In this document: one piece after another, positions 34,913 through 48,200 of the stretch
How the letters are laid out: every line of letters begins with the position of its first letter
Position numbering within the stretch: position 1 is the stretch's first letter
NCBI GenBank assembly: GCA_013239625.1
Contig: MU055178.1
Coordinates: 8,306,873 to 8,370,872 of the forward strand
Source: Lama guanicoe
Lineage: Eukaryota
Reading direction: 5' to 3'
DNA: 64,000 nt
Program-made: the position numbers and the translations under genes
The notes under the pieces: model-generated
The model's database searches: none
Told to the model about the DNA's origin: nothing
The model's input: only the letters and a program-made list of their open reading frames with translations

Positions 34913-34918
34913 TTTATT
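34913..34918 (-). terminator. MYBPHL polyadenylation signal (non-coding last exon about 35125-34895)
   Basis: AATAAA on the - strand; acceptor tctctcccag| before 35125. Confidence 0.65.
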
Positions 34919-36190
34919 TAGATTAGTGCAAACCAGACACTGTGCTGGAGCTCCTTAAGAACACAATCTCACCACAGTCAGGCTTCCTGGAGGCACAGAA
35001 AAGAGAGGGGATGTTGTGACCGTAACAGCAAACAGCCAGAGCACATCCAGGATGCAGAGGCAACCCCCTTTCACAGTCCCTCGGTCCTGTGCTCTGAATT
35101 TACCCGGCTTAGTGGCTGGCACTGGCTGGGAGAGACATAAGAGGGCAACTAACACTAACAAGGCTAACACCAAAACAACATGACATTAACATTAACCTTA
35201 ACCTTAACGCAGAGAGGGAATGGAGAGATGGCGAGAGAACTGGCTTTGCAAGCCAACTGGCAGGGAGAGCTCTCCTGAGAAGCCTGTACTTTTAATGCAT
35301 CCCTTAGGGTTTTCATTTGCTCTGTATCAGTGAGAGGCTTAAGTAAATGTTTTCTGGGATGGAATTCATTCTTGGTTTTTATCAACCGGAAGCTGCAAGT
35401 CAGAGGAGACGTTGGGAACCAGTTCTCTCCAATTCTCTCATGAGCCTCCTTTTCATATCACTCACCAGTTTGTACACAACATTTCTACTGTGAATGATTT
35501 AGAATCTGAAGGAGTTATCAAATGCTAAATGATGATCTGAAAGGCCCTTTGCCAATAATGTGCTACTTCAGACCACATACCCACATGTTCGATTATTATT
35601 GACATATAATGATAGTGGTGGTTTTCTTCTCTTGGAAAGGAAAGGAATCCAGAAACTTCAAAGTAAAAGCAAGCAAACTAATCTGTTTTTCACCATGCTT
35701 AAGATACTGAAGTAGAAACACTTAATTGACAGGAGCATCTTCCTCCCTCCTTTTCCATGCTGTCACCATGCAGTAGGGGTGACTGTCAGCCATCCTCCAC
35801 TCCTGATTGTTTCCTTGACACCTTTTCTTATAGCACCTACCCACCTGCCTCCCACAAACCCCCTTACAGTTAGGTAGATACTGCCACTTTTCAGAGGGCC
35901 ATTAGATTTAATTCCTACCATCAATTTGAGGAGTACAGATAGACAGAGGATGTGACAAAATTAGACCTCGTTTTTAGTAAATTCCCTCCACAGGGATGCT
36001 AGTATTAGCTTACCAACAAAAGTGATTGAAAGAAAAGCGGTCACCAGTGAGTGTATGATTGAAAGGCTCAGGAATAGATTATCTGTCCCAGATTCAACAA
36101 CACTAGCCCTAAACATGAAATACTCCATTCATACCCCTTGTCCCTCTTTCCTTACCTTCCTCAGAATTGCCCATGTCCTCTTATGGTGCC

Positions 36191-36201
36191 TCAGTTAGGA
36201 G
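36191..36201 (-). CDS. MYBPHL: MYBPHL exon 8, coding part (exon continues to 36156)
   Basis: ttcttgcag|CT CCT AAC TGA; donor AAG|GTAAGG after 36156. Confidence 0.8.
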
Positions 36202-39200
36202 CTGCAAGAATTTAGACATTTTTCACTGTTAAAATCTCTGGGAAACCTTCTTTTGGAGCATTGGGAAGGGATATACTTCCAGGTTTTTCGGGAGTCCATG
36301 GTGCTAATTAGTCTATGCATAGAGAAGAATAGGACTTGTAATGGCCAATCATTCCTGATTCATACTACACATACTTAGAGAATGCCCACTGTGTGTCCGA
36401 AATTGGGCTCGACACTGGGGGACAAAGGCGAAAAAGATGGTCCCTGCCCTTGAAATTCTCACAGTTTATGGGAAAACAGATCAGTAAATAGATACCTATA
36501 AAATAATATGCTAAATGCAATGATGGAGATCTAAGCAAGGTGACAAGAATGGATAAATGAATGAATACTTTAAAAGAGGTAGAGAGGATGTGCAATAGTC
36601 CCTCTTAACAAATCAGAGACAGGAAGTCCTCTAGTTTGCTTTAAAGCCCAACAAAGAGCTATAGCCCTCCTGGACTGAGTCAGAAGATTGTATAGATTAA
36701 AGAAAAACGATCCAGGTGAGGTCCAGGAGACTTGGCCTATTTTCATCGTAGTACCAGCTCCTCAATTAACCAACACTGGAAATCTCCAGTAAACTGATTG
36801 ATTACCTCTCTGTGCTTCAGGTTTCTCCTTTGAAGAACAGAAAGCAATTCTTCCTATATTAAGAATTATGATGGTGAAAAATGAGATAGTGGATAAAGAC
36901 AGCTCCTCAAATATATCCTGATGATGACAGTGATGAGAAGGCCTGAAGGGGGAAGCGAGCCGAGCCCTCCTCCCTATAGGCTTGTGTCTCTGCTCTCCAC
37001 TTTTCCACCTATGGAGGGAGGAGGTGATGCACCCTAAAGTGTGAATTCTGCCCTTACCTTTCACATCTACCCGACAGTCCACGGACGCCTCCCCCAGGGG
37101 ATTAACCGCCTTGCACGTGCAGATGCCCCCGTCAAAGGGACCAGGCTTGCGGATTTCTAGGGAGCAGATTCCCAGGTGGGTGAGGGCTCTGTGCTTGGGG
37201 TTGCCTTGAATATCCATCTTGTTCTTCAGCCAGATGATCTTCGGCTGGAAGATAAGGTGAGGGGGCAGCAAGGGGTGGTAAGAACCAATTGTTCTCTCTG
37301 TGCTCAGTCTCTGGGACTCTTTGCCTTCAAGGCTTGGGGACACACTGGCCAGGGGAACAGTAGGAGTAGGGTGATTTAAGAACAGATGGTACAGGGATCT
37401 GGGAGAGGTAACAGCCTTCTGGAAAGCTCCCTATCCCTGACGTTTGCGAAGGGGTTTTCCTGCCGGTATCTTAGCAGCCTCCCAAGCTCCTTCTCTTGGT
37501 TGAAAAGAGACCTTGCCTTGTTCATCAGGTATTCCTGACTAGAAAAAGGGTGTTTCTTCTGTTCCATCCTGCTCAAGCAGACCCTTCATGGACCAGAAGC
37601 GCTGGGTGTCAGAACCTCCTCTTTTTCATATATACATTGTTGAATCACTGATAGTCTATCCCCACCCTTGGCTCAGGAGTCACTCCTGTCCCCTCTGGTT
37701 AGAAAGTAGATTATAGAGTGGGCTTATTAATACCCTTTCTGAGATGTTAGCTCCCTGTGGTCTGGCCCAAGACTAATACACAACAGGTACTTGGTGAAGG
37801 TATTCATGGTGTTTTATGCCATGTGTGGAGGACAGAGCCTAGATTGTAAACATAATAAAACAATAGATTGTAAGTCGGGTTGTGGCCAAAGGCTAAACTC
37901 CAGGCAGCTAGCATGTGCACAGTCACCCTGATCAGATGAGCATTGGGGGTGAGCAAGGAGAAACCAACAGGACTCCATCACCCCTGCCAGAGAAACAATT
38001 TTGAAGCTCATGCCCAATTGCCAGCAGATCAGAAAGTGACATCTCCATATACAAGGCACAAACACTTCAAGGAAAACTGGAAATATTCTCCACATCAGCC
38101 TGTCTTGGACTCCAGTGCCCTGAGTGTTCTGATGAAACTTGATGTGGAAGAGGCAGATGATGGGGACAGGAACAAATGTTTTGGTTAGAATCTCCTTGGA
38201 CACAGCGAAGGTTAGAGCAGGAGCAGAAAGCAGCACAGCACAGCCACCCACAGACCTCCCTGCTCACCTTGGGCGAGGCGCGGACGCAGCAGAAGAGCTG
38301 GGTGTCGTAGCCAATGACTGTAGTGCAGTCCGCCAGAGGCTGGGTGAACTTCTGGGCTTCAGAGAAATCTCGCTGAGCAAAACCCTTGGTCTTGTGAACG
38401 GTAGCTGAGGGGGCCAAATAGGGCCTTGCCGTAGTGCCTGAGCGCCCCATCCCTCTTCACCTCTGCACCCTTAACTCTTCCCGGCTCCAAGTCACAGTGT
38501 CTTACCTGCTTTCTGGATGTGGGCCAGGTCGGCAGCGATAGGGGCTGTCTCACTGAGCCCACACGGGTTCTCAGCAAAGACTCGAAAAGCATAGGAGTTG
38601 CCGACGATGAGGTTGGAGACTGTGCAGCTGGTGCGGTGACAGCGCTCCTGCACCGTGAACCACAGCTGTGGGGTCCCGAGAAGATGCCTTGAATGACACC
38701 CTAGTTTTGTGAATTCACTCCAGCTCAGCCCACCCAGTGCAGATCCCAGAACCCCATTCCAGAACGTGCTGTCCGTCTTCCCCTTCCTCCCAGCTGGGCC
38801 TCATCCCAGACTTAGTGTCAGCCTTCTGCACCGTGTATCCTAGGAGTGCCGCGTTGCCCGTGTCTCGGGGTGGTGTCCACTCCAGGGCAGCGCTGGAGCC
38901 CCAGACATCCACCAGCTTGATACTCTGAGGAGGGCCCGGCCTCTCTGAAAGGGCCAAGAATGCCAGCAGACTTGAGGACATCACTCCAGGAGGGTCCCTC
39001 CTCTTCTGCTCAGCCACCCCACCCTTCACCCACCACTGCATCCCACAGCCCCACTTTCCCAGCTCTATGTGCTGGCTCCTCCTCAGGCTGGAGAGGGAGC
39101 CCCTGAGAACCAACCCATCTCCCATTCCCCTGACTGTACCGATCACCGGGATGTCAATGGTGGCAGTGGCCTCCAGCCTGCCCAGCTGCACACTGAGCTG

Positions 39201-42200
39201 GTAGCGACCCGAGTCGGCACGCTGGGCCTCTCGGATGAAGAGGATGGAGTCATGGTCCCCATTCCGCACACTCACACGACTGGTGTCCAAGGCGCAGCCA
39301 TCATGTGTCCAGATGCCTCGAGGTTTGGGTCTACCCTGAGAAATGGAAAGAAGGCTGTGAATGGCCCCCAGAGGCCTCTTGCCCCTCTTGGTTGCGGGAG
39401 GGGTCAGATCCATCAGGTCCACATGGTGACTTGATACACGGCTGCAAATTCCTTGAGTGAGAGGTTGGTGGACTGTCCCAGGGGACTCCCATCTCTCAGC
39501 AACAGCCTCAGGACCATGGGAAAGGGGGATGGCTTTGAGTCTCCCACTGAGAGTCTGGGTCATGGACACCCAGGGAAGCTGGGACTAACAATAGCTGCCC
39601 AAACTCCCGAGAGCCCTCAAAACTGAGAGCTCCCAGACCTCTGCTGACCGAAGGGCGTGGGTTAGCCTCAAGTCATCACATGGGGCATGACCTGACCCAT
39701 GACCAGACCTGACCCAACCCAAACCCCCCTCGGGAGAGCTGATGGAAGGGCCATTTGGCCTCAAACTTCTGGTGACATGCCCCTTCCATTCAAAGCTAGG
39801 GTGACTGTCCTACTGCTAGCAGGACTCTTGGTTTCTATTTCCAAATCAAAACCCTGGCCTGGTCCCACCCGTGGACTCAGCATGGAGTGTGGCATCATCA
39901 CCTGGAATGGGATTAGTAGGTTCACAGTGTCTCCAACCTTCTGGATGTAGGTCTGCCTCAGGGCCTGGGGGAGCCAGATCTTGGGGTGCTCTGAGTGATG
40001 GAAAGAGAGAGCAGGGGATGGTGAGCCTCCTGTAGGGGGAAGAGTAGCACTCAGAGGAAGTGGGTGCTGCATCCAGCCATGCTCCCTGGGCAGGTGACCC
40101 AGGCAACAGCAAACTAAGCCCTTTCTCAGGGGATGGGAAGATCGCTCCCACTGTCTAGCTGGGATTTAGGGATGAGCAACTGGCTGAAGGCTCCTCTAGA
40201 GAGCGTTAAAGTGGTGGCAGAAAGAACACTGAAGTGCAAGCCTGACGCCTGCTTCTCCTACTTTGTAACTCTCATCCACTGACTTTTCACTGACTGAGAT
40301 TTCTTTTCTCTGTTTGTGCACAGGCTAGTCCAGTCTGTGTGGTTTGTCTTTCCACCCCTTTTCTACATTTGTCCTCAACGACACTCCTTTAATCAAGGCC
40401 ACTTTCAATGTTAATCCTGACCTCCAAGTGTCAGCCCTGCTCCCCAGTTTGGTGCCAGACCCCGAGGAGAAAGCTTTACATTCTGCAGGTAGAGGCAACA
40501 CCCTGGACCCACAAGAACAGAACTGGTGTCACTGCAGAGGGAGCTGGTGTCTGGGTCCCTTCCTCTGTGGAGCCGCCCTGTTCAGGGGCCTGCACAGTGT
40601 CTTCCAGTTTGTGGAGGATCACTTTGTACGATTAGAATCTGGGGAAGATTAGGTCCTCTTCTCACTTCCCCTTGATCTTCCAGGCGTGTTCCAGTGAGAG
40701 GAGAGATTAGATTATGTTTTATTGGCTCCCAGGATGAAGATAGGAGATGCTCAGGGAAGTGCTGAGTGTAACGTTTGGAAAATGACCAGATGTAATTTCC
40801 TCTTGGGATACCTCGGTCAGTCTTGGCTGAGGAGATGCAAACATCCCACCTGGGGTCCCTTGGAGGCCTGGCTGAGACCTACTCCACTTTCTGGCCCTCT
40901 GGGGGTCCTGTCTCCTCCTTTCTCAGGCAAAGACAGTCCCCTGCTGCTGCTGTCTTACGTGGAGTGTGACAGAACTTCGATCCCACCGACTCCCTGGCCC
41001 CTCTCCACAATTCATTCCCAGCAGTTGGAAGAACTCCACCCTAGTCCACAACCGTGACAAACAGCACAACGGCTTGATAGCAGATTCCAGACTTTTTGAT
41101 ATTTATTTCCCTGTAAGTACATTCCTGAACATTCACCCCAATATACGTATGCTTACTTACAAATTAAACTGTTTAAAATGTATATTACATAATGCAGAAT
41201 TTTAAAAGATGAAATTTAAAATAGAATAAATGAAGATTCTAAGAAGTTCTTCCTACACCTCAATTTGTAAACCATTATTTAGATCACACCTGTAGTTTGC
41301 CTCCATTACCATCTTCACATCAGCTGGCCTTTGTAAAATGAATATAAGCACAAATATTCAGCGCATGCTATCCATTGTATTTACCTAGTTTCCTTTTTCC
41401 CTTGTGACTTATGTTTTAACCTGGGTTGTGCTGTCTTAGACTGTGCCTCACCCCTGCCCCGACCAAGACAGGCACTGAGTGACCCGGGGCCCCGCTGTGC
41501 CCTGAGCGCCGTCCTGCCTGAGTGGCTCAGCAAAGACTCAGCACGGAGCCCAGGCGGCTGAACAACCCTGTCTGGCGTCCCTCTGTCCGACGTTGACGGT
41601 TTGGGAGGAGGCGGGGCATGAAGAACAGAAGAAGTGTTGTGTGATGTGTTCCTCTCCTGTGGCCATCTTGGCAAGTGACCAAGGTGTTGAGAACAGGCGG
41701 ATGTGACTTAAGGGTTTTCTGAAAAAAGAGGGTGGCAATTGAAAAGGAGGGTTGAAACCTCAGCTTGGGCTTGGTTCCCCCGCTGCTGGGTGGGGAAATG
41801 ACCCTTCACGCTTGCCGGAGAGAGGCCTGGCGAGAAGCTAGCCCTGCTGTCCCCTGCTCTGCCTCCAGAACATCTGAGTTATGAAGGACCTTGCTGAGCA
41901 CCCAGAACAAGAAGACTGAAAGGAAAGGGCTGGGAGAGAGAAACAGATTTGTTGCAGATCTCCTGGCCGGTTGTGAAGCTGTGCTGGCACCAGGATTCCT
42001 GCCTCCCCATCTTGAAAGTATGTCTAAAGGACCATTCTCTGAGCTTGACAGTGTATCTGTCCACTTACCTGCCCTCCAGTGTCCATCTGGGAACTGGGCA
42101 CTGGAGTCTGGGCTCTGGCAGTGATCTTACCCCTGGAGGGAAGAGGCAAAGAAGGGAAGGCAGGGGGACACACTCAAGGATTGAAAAGGTTGAGGTGAGG

Positions 42201-45200
42201 AAAGGAAGCCAGGCTGTCCCGCCTGGAGGATGTGCCAAATGAGTGCTGCTCTGGTTAGACCTCAGGTAGGAAGTGGGCTTCTACAGGTAGGTGCATGCTG
42301 ATGTGTGTTCCCACTTAATGCTTCTCAGAAAAGGACCTTGGAAAAGGTTAGCATTGTTTCACCTGAACTAAGGAGAAAAATCGAAGAAATAAGTTTATTT
42401 GGAACATAAGCTAACATGGGGGAATTAGGCTGGTCCTGAGATCCAGAGGGGATCCCAGCAGGGACAGAGAGACAGAGGAGAAAGCTGACAGCTAGGATGG
42501 TGGTCTCTTCCTCCCTGGAGGGCTCCTGGGCCAGTTCTTTGCGTATAAGTGGGGTTCCTGGACAAGAAGATGAATCGATAGGGGACAAACTTAATTACTA
42601 GAATGCGCCAACTCTGAGGATCAGTAGGAGAGGATTCTGCTCTCAGCAGTCTCCCAGCCCCCAGTGGGATGAGCTTGAGGTCAAAGCCGCTGACAAAGTG
42701 CAGGAGGTGGCAGAAGAGTGTGTGACAGCTCCAGGTGCCTGGGTGGCAGCAAGCTCTCGCTCAGCTCAAGCCAGGCCTTTGGTCTGCCCAGCAAACAAGA
42801 GCCATCTGACCCTTTGCTAAGAATGATAATTGGAGGGCTCATGTGGGGCATCTCTTTCCACACATCCGCAGTCAAGTGAGGCGTTAATTGTACTGACCTT
42901 GGAGAAGCATGGCTTTCCCTGGCGCCCAAGGTCTTTCTCCTCCTCAGACGCCAGGAGGGATGTGAACCAGACTGGAGCCCTAAAGCAGAACCTCAGTTTT
43001 CTAAGACCAAGTCTGTGACAGCTGCCACTTGGTCTTCTCCTTCACAGAGTCTTAGGGAAAAGGCATTCGGAAAGTCTTTTGAGAGCCATTGGCTTCTGAG
43101 CTGTGCTGCTCTCAGCACTGAATTTCTTTCAGACAGAGACCCTGTCTAATTCTTTCTTAAAAATTAGTGGAGAAGGAGACTACTTAAAGCTCAGAGACCT
43201 CAGCTCCTCTTGATTAGAAAATCCCTCCTAATTCTACCCTGATTTCATTCTGCTGAACTTTATACCCATTTCCTTATTCTCCGCTCATGGGAAATAATTG
43301 TTCATATCCCCTCATAACTTGGTTTCACATGGCTGAAGACTTTCCTCCAGAGATTCCCCAAGAACTGTGTAGTTCAGATTGATGTTATTAATTATGGCCG
43401 GGAGAGTGAACAAGACAGACACCTTCAAAGAGTCTGTGTGTGTGCGTGCATGTATGTGAGAGTGTGTAAAAATGCAAGTACGTGTGTGTGCACGCACACA
43501 CGTGCACAGGCCTGTGTGGGTGAGTGGTTACCAAAAGAGGGCAAAGGCAAAGTGAGCTATAGCTTTCAAAACAAAAAACAAAAAACAAAAAACCAAGGAA
43601 TTTCCAGGGATCCAAAAAGTACCAGCATTTCTTCACTTAGAAACATTAGTAGACATGTAGGGTGTGGCCTTGACCTTATCAGAAACCTGTCTGGAGGAGT
43701 GTGATGGACAGAAGTGTGGTGACTTCAAAAGCACCTTTTGAAAGACAAGAGTGTCACCTCCTTGAAGACCATGAAACTAAGGTCAAAAAACAAAAAAATA
43801 AAAGGACAGAACTAAGCAACAGGTCTCTGAGGAGAAGACCCCAGCTCCCCTCCCCTTGTGGCAGTCTCCCCCTCATGCTGCTGACTTTGGCCCTAGCTCT
43901 GTGTCACTCACCCAGCACTGCTCCAGTCATGATTCCTGGTGATCTCAACACCCATCCTTCCTGTACCTGCAGGGCCTCTCACATCCTTGCCCGCCAGTCC
44001 TCTAGTGACTTTTGTCCTCCCCTGCCTCAGCCCCTGGTTCCTCTGGTCATTCTCTACACCAATAACTGCAGCCCCTCTAGAATCTGAATTTCAAGCATCC
44101 CACTCTCTCAGCACCACCTCCATGACAGAGATGTCTAACTGCCTACAGAAATGTCTACCCATAGCCTCTTCTGTAGTATAGTCCTCTCTGAGAAGGGGCT
44201 GTCCCCCTTGCTCTGTGACGATGAGACTAGTTCTTGCCAGTGAGACTTCTGAGCCACGGGTTTTAATAAGTAAGTTCTCAGTTTCCCCTCTGCTAGCTGT
44301 ATGCAGATGGTCATGGGGCCCGAAGGCATGGCGGAGCCATGAGATGGAGGAGACCCGGAGCCCTCGGTTAGTGCAGAGAACTAGCCACTGAGTAGGAACA
44401 CTTGCTTTCGGTTGTTTTGCTAGTAGGAAATAAACATTTGTTGTATTTGAGCCTTAGACTCTGAGGCCTGTTTGTTTCACCAGCTAGCTTGCCCTGACAG
44501 ACAGTCTCTATCCCTCCAGCTTGCCCCTTCTAGTGCTCCTCCAGCAGTGACCCTTCAGCGCACTGAGACCTCTGATCCATTATCCTCCCACTTGTTCACT
44601 CTCTATCACCCTCTCTCATCTTAACACTTTTTTTCCCACCCAACTTAGATTCCATGGTCGTCATTATACTCACTCCCTTGCATACCCACTCAAATCCTTT
44701 AATCCTTTTCTATTTCATTGCATCCTCCTAGCAATACCCAACCCCAGCTAAATACTTTCCACCCACTCAGAGCCTGCATCCTCACAGCCAAACATAACTG
44801 GGGAAAAACACAAAACTATGCTGACTTTAAATTGATGGCCGCTACTTCCAAATTGACCTTGGCCATTCTAGTTCATTCAATTTCCTGTTTTCCTGGGGGA
44901 CTGTTGCACACCCTCCTCTTCTAAAACTTCCATACTTTCTCCTGCATCCTTATTCTGAGTTGACAGTCTTGCTAGTGTCTAAGGCCTGCCTATAGCCTAT
45001 TGTTAACTAAGCAGTCAGAAAAGTCTTAAAACCTATACCTAATCATGTCAGTTCTCACCTAAGACTCTGTACTGGCTACCCATTGGTCTCAGAGTTGAAC
45101 CAGTGTTCACAATGGCTCTGCTACCTCTTTGACACCAAACCTGCTATTCTCTCCCTCATTCTGCTACAGTCACAGTGGCCCCAATCCATAAGGCACACTC

Positions 45201-48200
45201 CTGCCTCAGGGCCTTTGCACTTACTGTTGTCAGTACATGGAAAACCTTCCCCCCAAATACCTGCACGCATTGCTCTCTCATCTCCTCTAAGTTGCTGCTC
45301 AAATCACCTTATTAAACGAGACCTTCACTGAATATCCTGTTTAAATCAACAAACATGCTTGCCACCCCTAACACTTTCTTTCTCTGCTTTACTTTTCAGC
45401 ATTAGCACTATCTGGTATTTTATATATTTTATTTGCTTATTTATTTATTATCTTTTTACACTAGAATGTAATCTCCAAGAGGGAAGTTGTTTGTGCCTAT
45501 TTTGTTCATTTTTGTATCAGTGCTTGGCACATAATAGACACAAAATAACTATTTGTAGAAGGAAGAAGGAAGATAGGAAGGGAAGGAGGGTGGGAGGAAG
45601 GTTATTTCCAGGCATGGGACTCAGCATTGCAAGCTTAGGAGACAGAATAGTCCAGACTGAAAGAGGACACATGGTCAGGCGGAGCAATTGTGCTGAATCA
45701 GCAGAGATGGGCTCTCCCTCTGGGTCTCAGGGTCTCGTCTTCTCCATGTCAGGGGGCAGCCTGTCCCCCAGCCTCTCACTATTGCAGAAGCTCTCCTCTG
45801 GCCCCTGCCCAGCATTGCCTCTGGGACACTGTGTCTCTGAGTAGTGCTGAGGGTGACAGAGGATGGTTTCCCAGTGCTGGCCACCTACTTCTGCTTATTT
45901 AGCCGTGGAGCGGGCTTTCTTGACTAACAGCTCAGATAGTGTTGGCCAGTTGCAGTTTGTTTTGACACTGCAAATTAATTTCTGCTTCTGATGCTTGCTC
46001 TATTTCACATCTGCTTACCTGCTCACTGCAAGGGCTCTCTAGGTCCCATAGAGCTCCCTCTAAGGAAGAGGAGGAGTTACAAGGAAGGAAAAGTTCTTGG
46101 TGCTCGCTTGGGGGCGCTGGCTTGGGGGCCTGTGCCATGGCACCCTGAAGACCTCTGAATGGGCTTCAGTGATTCTGTGAACTCCCTGAATTTTGCTGAG
46201 TATTTTCCTTGGGGCAAGAGTCCACAGATTTCATCAGATTTTCCTAGGGGTCTGAATCTATTAAAAGGTTAAGAACCCTGATTTAGTTCAACCCCTCAAT
46301 TTACAGATGAAAAAATGGAAGTCCAGAGGGGTGAATTGCCTTGCCTATAGTCACAGGATAGAGCTAGGGCTCGAATCCATGTCTTCTTTTTCCAACTGGA
46401 TAACAGGTGCGAATACACTATGCAGAGTGTCACAAGGGGTCCTCACTGCCAGCGACCTCTGGGATGCTGCTGGGTTGAGCCTCTAAATGCTGGTGCCCCT
46501 GAGCCCGCAGTGCAGAGCCACCATGCATGAGAACAGGGCTCTTCAGGCTGCCCTTGTGGGCCCCGCCAGGCGCTGTCAGGGGCCGACTGTCCACAGCACT
46601 CACCCTGTGACCAGAGGGAGGAGTGTGGGAGAGGCGAGTGCCCTCCCCCAGGGTTTCGTGGAGACGAGCAGTCAGGGGGTCATCCCGGTTCTCATTCTCT
46701 CTCTGCCTGTGACTTATGTTTTATTCCCTGGACCGTCAGGGAAAGAAACTGCTTTTCTGCCTCAAGATCATCCCAGCCTGATATGTTCCCAATAACTTCT
46801 GCTCCCTTTACTTACTGTTCAGTGGGGCAAACTCAGCCAGCTCTCTGTGCTTGACATTCAGACAGCTTCTGAAAACTTAACATCTTCCATTAGGATGATA
46901 AGAAGCAACAAGCACACCCTGCAGAACTCTATTTGCAGGTAGAACTCAGTCTTCACCCCTGACTGGGAAATATTTTATTATCTATTCACATCTTGGTTTG
47001 GCCTCTTCCAAGGCACTTTGGATTATCTCAACAATCCTTTCAAGTACCCTACCAGGTAGATATTGTTAGTCACCATTTTACAGACAGGAAATTGAAACTG
47101 GGCTTGGCCAAGGTCACGGAGCTGCTGGAGCAGCACTGGGAATTGAATCTAGATCTTGTCTTCTCCTTCTGTCTCTCCTGACCCTGGGATTCCATGGTGC
47201 CTTGTTTGTGGTCTTTGCAACTTCTGCATTGAAGAGGTCAAGGGACCAGAAGTCAAGGGGACTTTGTGCAGGGAACTGTTTTAAATGTTTCATGCAGCCC
47301 CAATTACCAGTTGGGAGAAGGGAAAAGCTGGGCTCCTGCCTTCCACCTCCGTTGGCTGGGCCAGGTGCAGTGGGAGACACCCCAGCTGAATGTCCCAGAG
47401 CTCTTAGCTATGGAGGCCCCAGCCAGGGGCAGTTTTTGGGGTGGGTGGCAAGGCTGCTGGCAGGGAAACCTGGGGCTGGAAGGGGCACCCACCACCTCCA
47501 AGCTTGAAAATGTCTCTTTACTCAGAGGCTCACAGGGACCACAGAGGAGAAGCCAAATGCTTCTCCCCAAGGGGCTCTGCTTCCATGGAGCTCAGACTTG
47601 GAGAGGCTGACATTTCCTGGGGTGGGGGTTTTGGGGTTGGTCCCGGACCCATGGCACTGCTGAGGGTGACACAGAGTGTCACATACTGTTCACCACTTAG
47701 CCTCTCAGTGGCTAGAAGCTTTTCATTTCCTTCTTCTCATCCCTCATTCCCTTTCTGACTGGCCTTAGTATATCAGGTCCTCCTAGTCCCTGTGACAAGA
47801 CATTTTTAAAAGGTAATAATATAAACCTATCACTATAAGTCACTGTAAAGTGCCACAACTCCATTCACTGACTTCTCAGGTAAAAAGCAAAAACCCAGCA
47901 AAGACACTTGAACAGCAAGCAAGAATCCACCGAAGAAGGGGGTGGGGGCTCCAAAGGATGCTCCTCTACCCCGAGTACCAATCCCATGAAGCTGTTTAGT
48001 TCTGCAGAACCACAGAGGTGCAGTCAGGCGGTAGAATATCCTCCCAACTCCCACAGGTCGACCTCCCCTCTCCCCACCCCCATGGGTCACCTTCTATGGG
48101 GGGCAGGAGCTGGGGAGTGGCGCTGCCGGCCCCCCGCTGAGGTGAGGCCTGGGGTCGGTCAGCATCGGCTGGGCTGGCTTCCTTCACCTTCAGGGTCGAT

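Noticed and set aside
38666-38804. MYBPHL intron 4 as a U12 (AT-AC) intron
   Set aside because: Starts ATGAGG rather than ATATCCTT, ends in AG, and has no U12 branch consensus
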